Assembly: GCA_965248435.1 (NCBI GenBank)
Contig: OZ252100.1
Span: forward strand, 3,328,001-3,392,000
Direction of reading: 5' to 3'
Source of the DNA: Candidatus Latescibacterota bacterium
Lineage (GTDB): Bacteria; Latescibacterota; UBA2968; GCA-2709665
Length of the DNA stretch: 64,000 bases
A program made the translations under genes and the position numbers. Below are positions 50,044 through 60,803 of the stretch, piece by piece. Within the stretch, counting starts at the first letter, position 1. Every line of letters starts with the position of its first letter. Below the pieces are notes generated by a model, which was not told the DNA's origin, did no database searches, and saw only the letters and a list, made by a program, of their open reading frames with translations.

Positions 50044-51963
50044 TTACTCTTTGTCGTCCACGACTTCGAAGTCTGCGTCCACAGCCTTCTCATCTTTCTT
50101 CTCATCCTGAGCGGGACCCGGGCCAGGGCCGGCTTCCGGTCCGGGCTGAGGCCCTGCTTCAGCTGATGCCTGCTGATAAAGCTCACCAGCAACCTCATGC
50201 CAAACCTGAGTCAGTGCCTCGGTTGCGGATTTGACCTCATCATTGTTGGTCCCCTTTAGGGCCTCCTTCACCCGCCCGACGGCTGCTTCCACCTTCGATT
50301 TGGATTCCTCACTGACCTTGTCGCCCATTTCGTTGAGCTGCTTCTCGGTCTGATAGACTTGCTGTTCAGCCTGATTGCGGATTTCGACGTCTTCTCTACG
50401 TTTTTTGTCTTCGGCGGAATGCTCTGTAGCGTCCTTGACCATCCGATCGATTTCAGAGTCGGACAAACCCGAAGAGGCTTCGATGCGGATGCTCTGTTCT
50501 TTGTCTGTCGCCTTGTCTTTTGCTGCAACGTTGAGGATGCCGTTTGCATCGATGTCGAACGTCACTTCGATCTGAGGCATGCCCCGGGGTGCGGGAGGAA
50601 TCCCGTCCAGATGGAATCGCCCGAGCGTTCGGTTATCTACGGACATGTCGCGTTCGCCCTGCAGGACGTGGATCTCTACAGAGGGTTGGCTGTCTGCCGC
50701 TGTGGAGAAGACCTCTGACTTCTTTGTAGGGATTGTCGTATTCCGCTCGATCAGCTTGGTCATCACGCTGCCCAGGGTTTCTATACCGAGTGACAGCGGG
50801 GTAACATCCAGCAACAAGACATCCTTCACATCGCCGGAAAGCACACCGGCCTGGATGCCTGCGCCCACTGCAACGACTTCATCGGGATTAACGCCCCTGT
50901 GAGGCTCCTTTCCAAAGATCTCCTGGACGAGTTCCTGGACCTTTGGGATTCGGATGCTCCCGCCGACGAGGATGACCTCATCGATTTCAGAGGGAGAAAG
51001 CTGGGCATCTTTGAGCGCCTGCAGACAGGGACCTTTGGTACGTTCGATCAGGTCGTCGACGAGCTTTTCAAATTCCGCTCGATTCAGGGAATAATTCATG
51101 TGTTTCGGGCCGGAGGCATCTGCCGTGATGAAGGGCAGGTTGATGTCGGTCTGCGGGGAGGTGGAGAGTTCGCATTTGGCTTTCTCCGCAGCCTCTTTCA
51201 GGCGCTGCAGCGCCATGGGATCACTCCGAAGATCAATCCCGCTATCCTGATTGAATTTGTCAGCCATCCAGTCGATCAAGCGCTGGTCGAAGTCGTCGCC
51301 CCCGAGGTGCGTGTCACCGTTGGTTGACTTGACCTCGAAGACCCCGTCACCCAGCTCGAGGATCGAGACGTCGAAGGTTCCACCGCCCAGGTCGAAGACG
51401 GCGATCTTTTCGTCCTTCTTCTTGTCCAGACCGTAGGCCAGTGAGGCGGCCGTAGGTTCGTTCACGATCCTCAGTACCTCCAGACCTGCGATTTTTCCCG
51501 CATCTTTCGTGGCCTGACGCTGAGAATCGTTGAAGTAGGCCGGTACCGTAATCACTGCCTGGGTCACCGTCTCTCCCAGGTAGTCCTCAGCCGTCTGCTT
51601 CATCTTCTGGAGGATCATGGCCGAGATTTCAGGCGGCGTATAGGACTTGTCCTCTATCTTCACCTCGGCGAGGTCGTTCGATTCGCCGACCACCTCGTAA
51701 GGTACTTCCCCTATCTCTGTGGGGACCTCGTTACGCCGGCGGCCCATGAATCTCTTGATGGAGAAGACCGTGTTGTTCGGGTTTGTCACGGCCTGCCGCT
51801 TGGCCACCTGACCCACCAGACGCTCCCCATCCTTCGTAAACGCCACCATGGATGGGGTTGTCCTTCCCCCCTCCGCATTTGGGATGACGACAGGATCACC
51901 GCCTTCCATGACGGCGACGCATGAATTCGTAGTGCCCAAGTCGATCCCGATAACCTTACTCAT
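50044..51963 (-). CDS. dnaK: Molecular chaperone DnaK
   Basis: [55 protein letters not shown]. Confidence 0.98.
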   Translation of the reverse strand: MSKVIGIDLGTTNSCVAVMEGGDPVVIPNAEGGRTTPSMVAFTKDGERLVGQVAKRQAVTNPNNTVFSIKRFMGRRRNEVPTEIGEVPYEVVGESNDLAEVKIEDKSYTPPEISAMILQKMKQTAEDYLGETVTQAVITVPAYFNDSQRQATKDAGKIAGLEVLRIVNEPTAASLAYGLDKKKDEKIAVFDLGGGTFDVSILELGDGVFEVKSTNGDTHLGGDDFDQRLIDWMADKFNQDSGIDLRSDPMALQRLKEAAEKAKCELSTSPQTDINLPFITADASGPKHMNYSLNRAEFEKLVDDLIERTKGPCLQALKDAQLSPSEIDEVILVGGSIRIPKVQELVQEIFGKEPHRGVNPDEVVAVGAGIQAGVLSGDVKDVLLLDVTPLSLGIETLGSVMTKLIERNTTIPTKKSEVFSTAADSQPSVEIHVLQGERDMSVDNRTLGRFHLDGIPPAPRGMPQIEVTFDIDANGILNVAAKDKATDKEQSIRIEASSGLSDSEIDRMVKDATEHSAEDKKRREDVEIRNQAEQQVYQTEKQLNEMGDKVSEESKSKVEAAVGRVKEALKGTNNDEVKSATEALTQVWHEVAGELYQQASAEAGPQPGPEAGPGPGPAQDEKKDEKAVDADFEVVDDKE

Positions 51964-51982
51964 CTCCTGCTCCTTTCCATAA

Positions 51983-52282
51983 TCATGCTGCTTCCTTTTT
52001 CTTTTTGGATTTCTTTTCCGAGGATTTTTCAGATGACTTACTCTCTTTGGTGCCTTTGCTACCTTCGGTTTCTTTCTTGGCCGCCTGCTTGTAGCTTTCG
52101 CTTCTGTAATCTGTGATGTAGAATCCGGAGCCCTTGAAGAGGAAGCCAGCCCCACCGCTGATCAGTCTGCGCACTTTGTTTTGCCCACACTCCGGACATT
52201 TCCGGATGGGGCGCGCCGTGATGCTCTGGAACTTCTCAAACTGATGATCGCAGGCCTCACACGCGTACTCATAGGTCGGCAT
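51983..52282 (-). CDS. FmdB-family zinc-ribbon protein
   Basis: [27 protein letters not shown] with Lys/Ser-rich tail. Confidence 0.9.
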   Translation of the reverse strand: MPTYEYACEACDHQFEKFQSITARPIRKCPECGQNKVRRLISGGAGFLFKGSGFYITDYRSESYKQAAKKETEGSKGTKESKSSEKSSEKKSKKKKEAA

Positions 52283-52447
52283 TCAGATTCCCTTCGCGAC
52301 AACCGTGTGAAAAGGGGGATTACTTATACGACACGACACTCATCATCGCAAGATATGTACCACATGAGAGAATAGTCCATAAATATACATAAAACAATGT
52401 ATTAAATCAATGTTTGCTGGAGGCTCCTGAACATAAAAGCGAAGCCG

Positions 52448-52484
52448 AAAAACGCCATAGCGGCAGAAATATGCCACTATGGCG
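52448..52484 (-). terminator. Terminator downstream of sucC
   Basis: CGCCATAGTGGCA-loop-TGCCGCTATGGCG-TTTTT on minus strand. Confidence 0.7.
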
Positions 52485-52507
52485 CAGTCGTGCTGTTTCG
52501 GTCAGGA

Positions 52508-53674
52508 CTAAGAGGCGTTCTTGATGACCCGGGCAACCGTATCGGCGGCTTCCTGGAGCCCACGAGCGACGTGGAACTCGAGGTTGGACTGCTCCAGGAT
52601 TTTCGCACCCTCTTCTGCATTCGTACCCTGAAGGCGGATGACGATCGGCATGTCCACGGTGATGTCCTTAAGGGCCTGAACGACGCCCTCCGCGACCCTG
52701 TCACAACGGACAATGCCGCCAAATATGTTGATCAGCACCGTCTTCACGTCTTCATCGGACATCAGAATTCGAAAGGCGTTCTGGACCCTTTCGACATTCG
52801 TACCGCCCCCGACGTCGAGGAAATTGGCAGGGGAAGACCCTGCCAATTTCACGATGTCCATCGTGGCCATGGCAAGCCCGGCTCCGTTGACCATGCAGCC
52901 GACCTCACCGTCCAGCTTGATGTAGTTCAGGTCGTAGACAGAGGCCTCAACTTCCAGGGGATCTTCTTCATCCTTATCGCGGAGTTCCTGGATGTCCTTA
53001 TGACGGTAGAGCGCATTGTCGTCAAAGTTCATCTTTGCATCCAGGGCAAGTACCTGACCCTCTGCGGTTACGACCATGGGGTTGATCTCTGCCAGAGAGC
53101 AGTCCGTAGCCGTGTAGGCTTTGTAGAGGGCGGAAACGAACCGGACGCCCTGTTTGAACTGGTCACCTTCCAGACCTAGGCCGAACGCGAGGCGGCGGGC
53201 CTGAAACGCCTGAAGTCCTGCCCCAGGGTCGACGGTTTCCTTCAAGATTTTTTCTGGTGTCTTTTCGGCCACTTCTTCGATGTCCATCCCCCCTGCCTGT
53301 GAACCCATCAAAACCAGGCTGGAACTTGAGCGATCCAGCACGATGCCGAGATAGAGCTCCCGCTCGATGTTGGAGGCCTCTTCGATCAGGACTTGCTTCA
53401 CCTTCTGGCCTTCTGGACCGGTCTGGTGTGTTACGAGGTTCATCCCGAGGATCTCTCCTGCAACACTGGCCGCTTCAGCTGGATCTTGCGCGAGCTTGAC
53501 ACCTCCGCCCTTTCCGCGTCCTCCGGCGTGAATCTGGGCCTTGACGATGACGCGTCCCCCGAGATCTCGAGCGATCGTTTCGGCTTCATTTTCAGTCCTG
53601 GCCACTCCGCCCGAAGGGACGGGCACGCCGTGGGCCTTCAGGATGTCCTTCGCCTGGAATTCGTGAATTTTCAT
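52508..53674 (-). CDS. sucC: Succinyl-CoA synthetase beta subunit
   Basis: MKIHEFQAK, VKAQIHAGGRGKGGGV, GCMVNGAGLAMATMD, NFLDVGGG, NIFGGIVRCD. Confidence 0.97.
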   Translation of the reverse strand: MKIHEFQAKDILKAHGVPVPSGGVARTENEAETIARDLGGRVIVKAQIHAGGRGKGGGVKLAQDPAEAASVAGEILGMNLVTHQTGPEGQKVKQVLIEEASNIERELYLGIVLDRSSSSLVLMGSQAGGMDIEEVAEKTPEKILKETVDPGAGLQAFQARRLAFGLGLEGDQFKQGVRFVSALYKAYTATDCSLAEINPMVVTAEGQVLALDAKMNFDDNALYRHKDIQELRDKDEEDPLEVEASVYDLNYIKLDGEVGCMVNGAGLAMATMDIVKLAGSSPANFLDVGGGTNVERVQNAFRILMSDEDVKTVLINIFGGIVRCDRVAEGVVQALKDITVDMPIVIRLQGTNAEEGAKILEQSNLEFHVARGLQEAADTVARVIKNAS

Positions 53675-53733
53675 GGTTGTCTCCTGAGTAAAAGGCAGGG
53701 CGAGCACTTCGCCCCGATGTTTTCGCTCAACAG

Positions 53734-55308
53734 CTAGATGCGGAGATCCTTGCCCGTCATCTCGGGCGGCTGAGGAAGGCCCATCAGACCGAGCAGGGTC
53801 GGCGTCACATCGCAGAGCGCGCCACCCTCTCGAAGCGTTCCTCGGAACGAAGGATCGACCAGAACCAGGGGCACCCGGTTCGTGGTGTGTGCGGTGTGGG
53901 GATCGCCTGTCTGCTCGTGCAGCATCCGCTCGGCGTTTCCGTGATCGGCGGTGACGATGGCGGCACCGTTGACCTGCTTGATGGCTTCCAGGACTTTCCC
54001 CAGGCAGACGTCGACGGTCGCAACCGCCTCGATCGCGGCGTCGAGGTCGCCTGTATGGCCAACCATATCGGCGTTGGCGAAATTACAAACCGCCGTGTCG
54101 AACTCACCGGACAGAACGGCCTCTGTGAGTCTCTTTGCGACCTCCGGTGCACTCATCGCGGGCTTTTGGTTGTAGGTGTCTACATCTCTTGGGGAAGGCA
54201 CCAGTATGCGTTCCTCTAGTTCGAATGGGGTCTCCTTCTGGCCGTCGAGGAAGTAGCTTACCTGGGCGTACTTTTCGGATTCTGCGATGCGCAGCTGGCG
54301 TTTCCCAGCCTGACTCAAGACTTCTCCGTAAACGTTCGGCAGGTGCTGGTCGAGGGCCGTCGGGGGGTAAGCGACACCATCCACCGGGAGTCCCTCTTCG
54401 TAACGGGTGAGACAGGTGAAGTGGACCTTTGGGAGGACCGCCCGCTCAAACCCGTCAAATTCGTCAAAAACGAAGGCTCGGGTGAGTTGGCGAGGTCGGT
54501 CACCCCGAAAGTTGAAAAACAGAACGGAATCTCCATCGCCGATCGTCGCAAGGGGATCGCCTCCTTCGCGGACGACGACGATGGGTTTGATGAACTCGTC
54601 TGTCTCTCCACGAGCGTAGGCACTCTGAACGGCCTCCAGAGGATCGCCCTCCGGCCTTCCCACACCGTTTGTCAGACAGTCATAGGCCAACTGAGTACGA
54701 CTCCAACGCCTGTCGCGGTCCATCCCATAGTAACGTCCGCAGATCGTGGCCACCTGACCCAGGCCTGCTGCGTTGCACCTGTCGAGCAGATTGCGGACGT
54801 GGCCGAGGCCGCTTCGGGGCGGTGTATCACGCCCGTCGAGAAAGGCGTGCAGATAGACCTGCTCGGGCGCCAGTCCCCTGGCTGCGGCCATCTCCAGAAG
54901 GCCTTCATAATGGCTCGGCCAGGAATGGACCCCCCCGTCCGAGACGAGGCCCATCAGGTGGAGACGACGCTCTGTTCCGAGCAAACGGTCCATGCAGGTG
55001 ATCAGGGCCTGATTCCTCCAAAAGCTGCCGTCCTTCACGAAACCTTCGATCTGTGTCATGGCCTGCAAGACCACCCTTCCGGCGCCAAGGTTGAGGTGGC
55101 CGACCTCAGAGTTCCCCATGAGCCCTTCCGGCAGTCCGACGCTTCGGCCCGAGGTGCACAGCGTCGTATTGGCACAAGAAGACCAAATGGCATCCATCGT
55201 AGGGGTTTCTGCCAATGCGACGGCATTGTGGTCGGGATTCGGATTTAAGCCCCAACCATCAAGGACGATCAGGGCGACAAACCGAGGGCCGGATTCTGGA
55301 TTTCCCAT
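53734..55308 (-). CDS. gpmI: 2,3-bisphosphoglycerate-independent phosphoglycerate mutase
   Basis: LDGWG, MGNSEVGH, SDGGVHS, DGRDTPP, GRYYGMDRD, NFRGDR, DMVGHTG, TADHGNAE. Confidence 0.97.
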   Translation of the reverse strand: MGNPESGPRFVALIVLDGWGLNPNPDHNAVALAETPTMDAIWSSCANTTLCTSGRSVGLPEGLMGNSEVGHLNLGAGRVVLQAMTQIEGFVKDGSFWRNQALITCMDRLLGTERRLHLMGLVSDGGVHSWPSHYEGLLEMAAARGLAPEQVYLHAFLDGRDTPPRSGLGHVRNLLDRCNAAGLGQVATICGRYYGMDRDRRWSRTQLAYDCLTNGVGRPEGDPLEAVQSAYARGETDEFIKPIVVVREGGDPLATIGDGDSVLFFNFRGDRPRQLTRAFVFDEFDGFERAVLPKVHFTCLTRYEEGLPVDGVAYPPTALDQHLPNVYGEVLSQAGKRQLRIAESEKYAQVSYFLDGQKETPFELEERILVPSPRDVDTYNQKPAMSAPEVAKRLTEAVLSGEFDTAVCNFANADMVGHTGDLDAAIEAVATVDVCLGKVLEAIKQVNGAAIVTADHGNAERMLHEQTGDPHTAHTTNRVPLVLVDPSFRGTLREGGALCDVTPTLLGLMGLPQPPEMTGKDLRI

Positions 55309-55515
55309 TCAGCGGATCGAGAAGTGGAGTTTTTTGAGGTACAAGACCTGCAAAATACGGTTTCGTGGCTGGAAAGGCAAGTGCCAGGATCCGGCTGCAG
55401 GCTTGTGAAATGCGGCTTGAAAGCAGGGAGAAAAAGTGATATTTTAGGACGGTTATCCAATTGGTGCTGGTGGCCGTTTCGGCGCGGGGTTCTCCATTTC
55501 TGAAAGGTCGTATCC

Positions 55516-58227
55516 ATGCTATTGTCAAAAGATCCGTTCAAGGCTCGCGAGAAGCTGCGCACTGCAGGTGGAGAAGTCTTCATCTATCGGTTGGATCGGC
55601 TCGAGTCGAGCGGTGTTGGCACGATTTCCAGACTGCCTTTCAGTGTCAAGGTGCTGCTCGAGGCGGCGCTGCGGAGCCTCGATGGGTACCAGGTCCAGGA
55701 GGAGGATGTTGAGGGACTGGCCAACTGGAGCTCCGAATCCTCGGCTCAGGTAGAGATCCCCTTCAAACCTGCCCGTGTCATCCTGCAGGACTTCACGGGC
55801 GTCCCCTCGCTGGTAGATCTGGCGGCCCTGCGCTCCGCGATGGCCCGGCTCGGCGGCGACCCGAAGCGGATCGAGCCGCTGATCCCGTCCGACCTGGTGA
55901 TTGACCATTCGGTCCAGGTGGATCGATTCGCCTCAGCGGACGCGCTGAAAATCAACGCAGAGATCGAGTTTGATCGAAACCGTGAGCGATACGAGTTCCT
56001 TCGCTGGGGGTCGAATGCCTTTGAGGGCTTTCGGGTGGTTCCGCCCGCGACCGGGATCGTTCACCAGGTGAACCTGGAGTACCTCGCGAAAGGAGTATTC
56101 TCCAGGCAAGTGGCGGGAGAGTGGGTTGCGTTTCCAGACAGCCTGGTCGGGACGGATTCTCACACCACGATGATCAACGGGCTTGGCGTGTTGGGCTGGG
56201 GTGTGGGTGGAATCGAAGCCGAGGCCGTGATGTTGGGCCAACCGATTTACATGTTAACGCCAGAGGTGATCGGATTCAGGCTGCACGGAAATCTTCCAGA
56301 GGGAGCGACCGCGACCGATCTGGCGTTGACGGTGACACAGATGTTGAGGGCGAAGGGTGTGGTTGGAAAGTTTGTCGAGTTCTACGGCACAGGTCTTTCG
56401 AGCATCGGGTTGGCAGACCGGGCGACGATCGCGAATATGTCTCCGGAATATGGAGCGACGATGGGGTTCTTCCCCGTGGATGTGGAGACAATTCGTTTTA
56501 TGAAACGGACAGGGCGGACCGCGGAAGAGGTGGATCTGCTCGAGCGCTACACGAAGGAACAGGGTCTGTTTCGCACAGACGAAATGGATCCACCAGGGTT
56601 CACGGATACGCTCGAGCTCGATCTGAACGGCGTGGAGCCAAGCCTGGCAGGTCCCAAACGTCCACAGGATCGCGTGCCGCTCGTTCAGATGAAGTCTGGT
56701 TTCGCTGCCGCCCTACGGGCGTCTCCGGATGAGCGCGGATTCGGTCTGGACGAAGCGGCGGTCGGTCGGCGCGCGACCGTTGCCTCCAACGGGAGGATCG
56801 AGATTGGTCACGGATCGGTCGTGATCGCGGCGATCACGAGCTGCACGAACACGAGTAATCCCTCTGTGATGGTGGCCGCCGGGCTCCTTGCGAAGAAGGC
56901 GACGGAGCGAGGTCTGAACGTGCCCACATACGTCAAGACCAGCCTGGCGCCCGGGTCTCGCGTGGTGACGGACTACCTGGATCATGCAGGATTGTCTCCT
57001 TACCTGGAACAGCTTGGTTTTCATACGGTGGGCTACGGCTGCACGACCTGCATCGGGAACAGCGGTCCCCTTCCGGAGCCGGTCGTCGAGGCGATCCAGG
57101 AGGGCGACCTGGTCGTCGCTTCCGTTCTCAGCGGCAACCGAAACTTCGAAGGACGGATCCACCCGTACACGAAGGCGAACTACCTCGCCTCCCCACCCCT
57201 GGTTGTCGCCTACGCCCTTGCGGGAACTGTCCATATCGATCTGTCGCAGGATCCGCTTGGAGAGGATGGAGATGGCAGGCCGGTCTATCTGAAGGAGATC
57301 TGGCCGAGTCAGAAGGAGATTTCCGATACGGTCGCCCAATCGCTGAAGCCTGAGATGTTCGAAAAGGAATACGGCAACGTGTTCGACGGAAACGAGACCT
57401 GGAACGCCATCTCGGGGCAGTCCGGCGATCTCTTCGGGTGGAACGAAGATAGCACCTATGTCCAGGAGCCCCCGTTCTTCGTGGGGCTGTCTCCAGATCC
57501 TGCGCCTCCAGAGGAAATCACAGGTGCCCGGGTACTGGTGCGCGTGGGTGACTCGGTTACGACAGACCATATCTCGCCCGCGGGGAGTATCGCTGTCGAC
57601 AGCCCTGCAGGCCAGTACTTGATCGCGCGCGGCGTTGAGCCGTCGCAGTTCAACTCCTACGGTTCGAGGCGCGGAAACCACGAGGTGATGATGCGGGGTA
57701 CGTTTGCGAACATCCGGCTTCGAAACCTGCTCGCTCCGGGCACCGAGGGTGGCGTGACTCTCCATCTTCCCAGCGGTGAGCAGATGAGCATCTTCGATGC
57801 GGCTATGCGCTACCAGGAGGAAGGGACCCCCCTCGTGGTCCTTGCAGGCAAGGAGTACGGAACCGGGTCTTCACGCGACTGGGCAGCGAAGGGGCCTGCG
57901 CTTCAGGGCGTCCGCGCCGCGATTGCCGAAAGTTTCGAACGCATCCACAGGAGCAACCTCGTGGGTATGGGTGTGCTGCCTCTTCAGTACAAGGAGGGTG
58001 AAAACGCAGAATCGCTCGGGCTAACGGGCCGGGAGGTTTACGATATCGAGGGGATCGAAGGCGAGTTGGAGCCGCTTCAGGATGCGGCGGTGAAGGCAAA
58101 GCGGGAGGACGGCAGCATCGCGACGTTCAGTGCGACGGTCCGAATCGATACGCCGGTTGAGGTCGATTACTACCGAAACGGCGGAATCTTGCATACCGTG
58201 CTTCGAAATTTCTTGAAGGGATCCTGA
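55516..58227 (+). CDS. acnA: Aconitate hydratase A
   Basis: [63 protein letters not shown]. Confidence 0.98.
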   Translation: MLLSKDPFKAREKLRTAGGEVFIYRLDRLESSGVGTISRLPFSVKVLLEAALRSLDGYQVQEEDVEGLANWSSESSAQVEIPFKPARVILQDFTGVPSLVDLAALRSAMARLGGDPKRIEPLIPSDLVIDHSVQVDRFASADALKINAEIEFDRNRERYEFLRWGSNAFEGFRVVPPATGIVHQVNLEYLAKGVFSRQVAGEWVAFPDSLVGTDSHTTMINGLGVLGWGVGGIEAEAVMLGQPIYMLTPEVIGFRLHGNLPEGATATDLALTVTQMLRAKGVVGKFVEFYGTGLSSIGLADRATIANMSPEYGATMGFFPVDVETIRFMKRTGRTAEEVDLLERYTKEQGLFRTDEMDPPGFTDTLELDLNGVEPSLAGPKRPQDRVPLVQMKSGFAAALRASPDERGFGLDEAAVGRRATVASNGRIEIGHGSVVIAAITSCTNTSNPSVMVAAGLLAKKATERGLNVPTYVKTSLAPGSRVVTDYLDHAGLSPYLEQLGFHTVGYGCTTCIGNSGPLPEPVVEAIQEGDLVVASVLSGNRNFEGRIHPYTKANYLASPPLVVAYALAGTVHIDLSQDPLGEDGDGRPVYLKEIWPSQKEISDTVAQSLKPEMFEKEYGNVFDGNETWNAISGQSGDLFGWNEDSTYVQEPPFFVGLSPDPAPPEEITGARVLVRVGDSVTTDHISPAGSIAVDSPAGQYLIARGVEPSQFNSYGSRRGNHEVMMRGTFANIRLRNLLAPGTEGGVTLHLPSGEQMSIFDAAMRYQEEGTPLVVLAGKEYGTGSSRDWAAKGPALQGVRAAIAESFERIHRSNLVGMGVLPLQYKEGENAESLGLTGREVYDIEGIEGELEPLQDAAVKAKREDGSIATFSATVRIDTPVEVDYYRNGGILHTVLRNFLKGS

Positions 58228-58252
58228 CCGTGACCTAAAGGAAGCTATCGAA

Positions 58253-58340
58253 GACCGCGGACCACGGACCGCAGACCGCTCAAGCCCCAAAGATCAGGCT
58301 ATATGTTATCTCGCCGTCTGCCGTCCGTCGTCTGTCGTCG
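58253..58340. repeat. Two 7-bp tandem arrays
   Basis: GACCGCG GACCACG GACCGCA GACCGCT and GCCGTCT GCCGTCC GTCGTCT GTCGTCG. Confidence 0.7.
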
Positions 58341-58364
58341 TGCAAGGCGGGTTTGTTTCATAGT

Positions 58365-58397
58365 AAAAGGCCTCTCCTGAGATGGAGGGGCCTTTTT
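58365..58397. terminator. Bidirectional terminator
   Basis: AAAAGGCCTCTCC-TGAGAT-GGAGGGGCCTTTTT between convergent genes. Confidence 0.8.
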
Positions 58398-58428
58398 CGT
58401 TGTTCGTGAATCGGGTTATGCAAAGGGG

Positions 58429-59820
58429 TCAGGATTTGGATATGAAGGATTTTGCGTCGATTCCGTACTTCTTGAGTTTCTGATGGAAATTCTGCCACGC
58501 GATTCCGGCCATCTTGGAGGCGTGCGTGATGTTTCCATTCGTCTTCTGGAGGACTTCCCTGATATATCCCTGTTCAAAGTTTTCTCTGGCCTCCTGCAGG
58601 GATAGGTGGGCGTAGCTCTGTTCCAGGGTGGTTGATTTCGGAGTTTCCAGCTGCAGATGTTCAGGAAGGTCTGAAATCTCGAGGAGATCGTTCGCGGAGA
58701 GCGCGATTCCCCTCTCGATGACATTTTCCAATTCCCTGACGTTTCCCGGCCAATCGTATTTCACGATTTGCTGTAGTGCCTCCTCCGAAACCTGGATCTT
58801 ACCTTGGCGGTCCTTTGGCGCATATTTCCGGACGAAGTGTTTTACGAGCAGCGGGACGTCGTCTCTGCGCTTACGGAGCGGCGGGATCTCTATCTCGATA
58901 ACGTTCAATCGATAATAGAGGTCTTCTCTAAACTTACTGGCCTTCACGTCCTCTGAGAGATTCCGGTTGGTTGCGGCAATCAGGCGGACATCTGTCTTTT
59001 TGGGCGTCGTGGATCCGACCGGAATGAATTCCCTTTCCTGAAGCACGCGAAGCAGGCGCACCTGAGCGGCCTGGCTCATTTCGCCGACTTCATCCAAAAA
59101 GAGGGAGCCTGAGTCTGCGGCCTCGAAGATGCCCATCTTCTGCGAGACCGCTCCGGTGAAGGCACCCTTTTCGTGGCCGAAAAGCTCGCTCTCCAGGAGC
59201 TCCTCGGGGATGGCAGCGCAGTGAAGGGCATAGAAGCGTTGCTCTGAACGAGGGCCGTTGTAGTGGATCGCACGGGCGACCAGCTCCTTTCCCGTTCCGG
59301 TTTCGCCAGTGATCAACGCCGTACTTTCTGTTGCCGCGATGCGCTCCACGAGGCTATAGACCTCCTGCATCGGTCCGCTGGTTCCGACGATTCCCTCGAG
59401 CTTGTTCTTTTCCCGGAGCTGTGACTTGAGCTGTCGGTTTTCTTTGGACAGATTGCGTCGCTCAAGCGAATTCTGTATCCGAATGTCGACGGCCTCGGGT
59501 GTGGAGGGCTTTTCGAGGTAGTCGCACGCGCCGATCCGACCGGCTTCCACCGCGTTGGTGATACTCCCGTGTGCGGTCAGCATGATGACCACCTGCTCGG
59601 AGTTCTGATCCATCAAATGATGGAGGGTCTCCAGCCCATCCATATCCGGCATCCGGACGTCGAGCAACACGGCGTCGAAGGCCTTCTTCTCGCAGACCTC
59701 CAGCGCCTGCTTTCCGCTGTCCGCGATCGTGACCGCGTAGCCCTTGAGTTCCAGGCCGATCTTGAAACTCTCCAGCAGGTTCGGTTCATCGTCCACGATT
59801 AACAGCTGGCGTCTGGACAT
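58429..59820 (-). CDS. sigma54-dependent response regulator (NtrC family)
   Basis: REC (LIVDDE, LDVRMPDMDG), GETGTGKE, ESELFGHEKGAFTGA, LFLDEVGE, FREDLYYRLN, WPGNVRELEN, C-terminal Fis HTH. Confidence 0.95.
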   Translation of the reverse strand: MSRRQLLIVDDEPNLLESFKIGLELKGYAVTIADSGKQALEVCEKKAFDAVLLDVRMPDMDGLETLHHLMDQNSEQVVIMLTAHGSITNAVEAGRIGACDYLEKPSTPEAVDIRIQNSLERRNLSKENRQLKSQLREKNKLEGIVGTSGPMQEVYSLVERIAATESTALITGETGTGKELVARAIHYNGPRSEQRFYALHCAAIPEELLESELFGHEKGAFTGAVSQKMGIFEAADSGSLFLDEVGEMSQAAQVRLLRVLQEREFIPVGSTTPKKTDVRLIAATNRNLSEDVKASKFREDLYYRLNVIEIEIPPLRKRRDDVPLLVKHFVRKYAPKDRQGKIQVSEEALQQIVKYDWPGNVRELENVIERGIALSANDLLEISDLPEHLQLETPKSTTLEQSYAHLSLQEARENFEQGYIREVLQKTNGNITHASKMAGIAWQNFHQKLKKYGIDAKSFISKS

Positions 59821-59900
59821 TTTAGCCTCCAAAAATTCCAACGCAGAGACGCAGAGATCGCAGAGGATTAAAGGAACACAACACGACGGATGCTTCGGCT

Positions 59901-60803
59901 TTACGACCGGCGGTCGACCTGCCTCTTCTTTACCCAGAGCAGCCCAACATTGATGAGGATGAATACCCAGACCAATACGAGGCCGAGTCTGCGATTCTGC
60001 CGGGTCTTGAGCAGACCGGAGACCTGGTCCATCGCTTTCCGCACCAAAACGGCGGACCGATCGGCCGACGCTTCGATTTCGTCGACCTGGAGGCCGTGCC
60101 ATACCAGCCTGGCCTGGGTGAATTCCGTGCGCGCTTCCTGGATGGTCTGCCTGGGGCGTTTCAAATCTACACCCAGCTCTCCTGCAAGATCGATTGAAAT
60201 GCGGGCCTGGTCAAGTGAGTCCCGCAGCCCGGAGAAGAGCAGTTTTACGTTCTGACCCATCTCAAAAGCCGATGAGGGCCGGGCATGACATTTTAGACAG
60301 GCGGCCTCGACACCGCCGACCGTTGGATGGCGGACGTTGTGATTGCTGTGGCACGAGGCACACGCAAGGGCGCCAGTCGTTTCCATCCCGAACTTGTGAG
60401 GACCGCTGCTGAAGTTTTCCATGGGACCCGCGTGGCAATTGCCGCATACAAGGGAACGATAAGCCCGACTTTCAGGCATTCTGACGGGAGCCATGTCGTG
60501 GATGCCGTGGCAGTCGATGCAGACTGCACCAGGACGGGCCTCATCCCAGTGGACAGAGACGGAATAGTCCTGGAGCTGTTCGTTGTGACAAGGGTCACCG
60601 CACATTGCAGGTATAGATTCGCGTGGAATCGAAACGGGCTGTCCGGGTTCGTGACATCCTTCACACCCGATGAGTTCGTGCACGCTTCGAAGAAAGGCGG
60701 CGTGTTCGTCGGGGCCGAGGTCTTGCAGGGCGTGAGCATCGTGGAAGGCAAGGAGGGGTAGGACGACCCACGCAAAATGACGAAGACCGGAGGTCGCGCT
60801 CAT
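59901..60803 (-). CDS. Membrane-anchored multiheme cytochrome c (5 CxxCH plus 1 CxxxCH)
   Basis: Signal peptide; CEGCH, CGDPCH, CIDCH, CGNCH, CASCH, CLKCH; helical region and C-terminal TM; ATGA overlap with cytochrome b. Confidence 0.88.
   Translation of the reverse strand: MSATSGLRHFAWVVLPLLAFHDAHALQDLGPDEHAAFLRSVHELIGCEGCHEPGQPVSIPRESIPAMCGDPCHNEQLQDYSVSVHWDEARPGAVCIDCHGIHDMAPVRMPESRAYRSLVCGNCHAGPMENFSSGPHKFGMETTGALACASCHSNHNVRHPTVGGVEAACLKCHARPSSAFEMGQNVKLLFSGLRDSLDQARISIDLAGELGVDLKRPRQTIQEARTEFTQARLVWHGLQVDEIEASADRSAVLVRKAMDQVSGLLKTRQNRRLGLVLVWVFILINVGLLWVKKRQVDRRS

Noticed and set aside
51964-52155. N-terminal extension of DnaK in the ORF track
   Set aside because: It overlaps the FmdB gene; the conserved start is MSKVIGID at 51963. 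Similar over-extensions were trimmed for sucC, the regulator, the cytochromes and rpmA.
52325-52365. CIRCE element upstream of FmdB-dnaK
   Set aside because: Only a partial half-site (ACACTC); no matching arm at 9-bp spacing.
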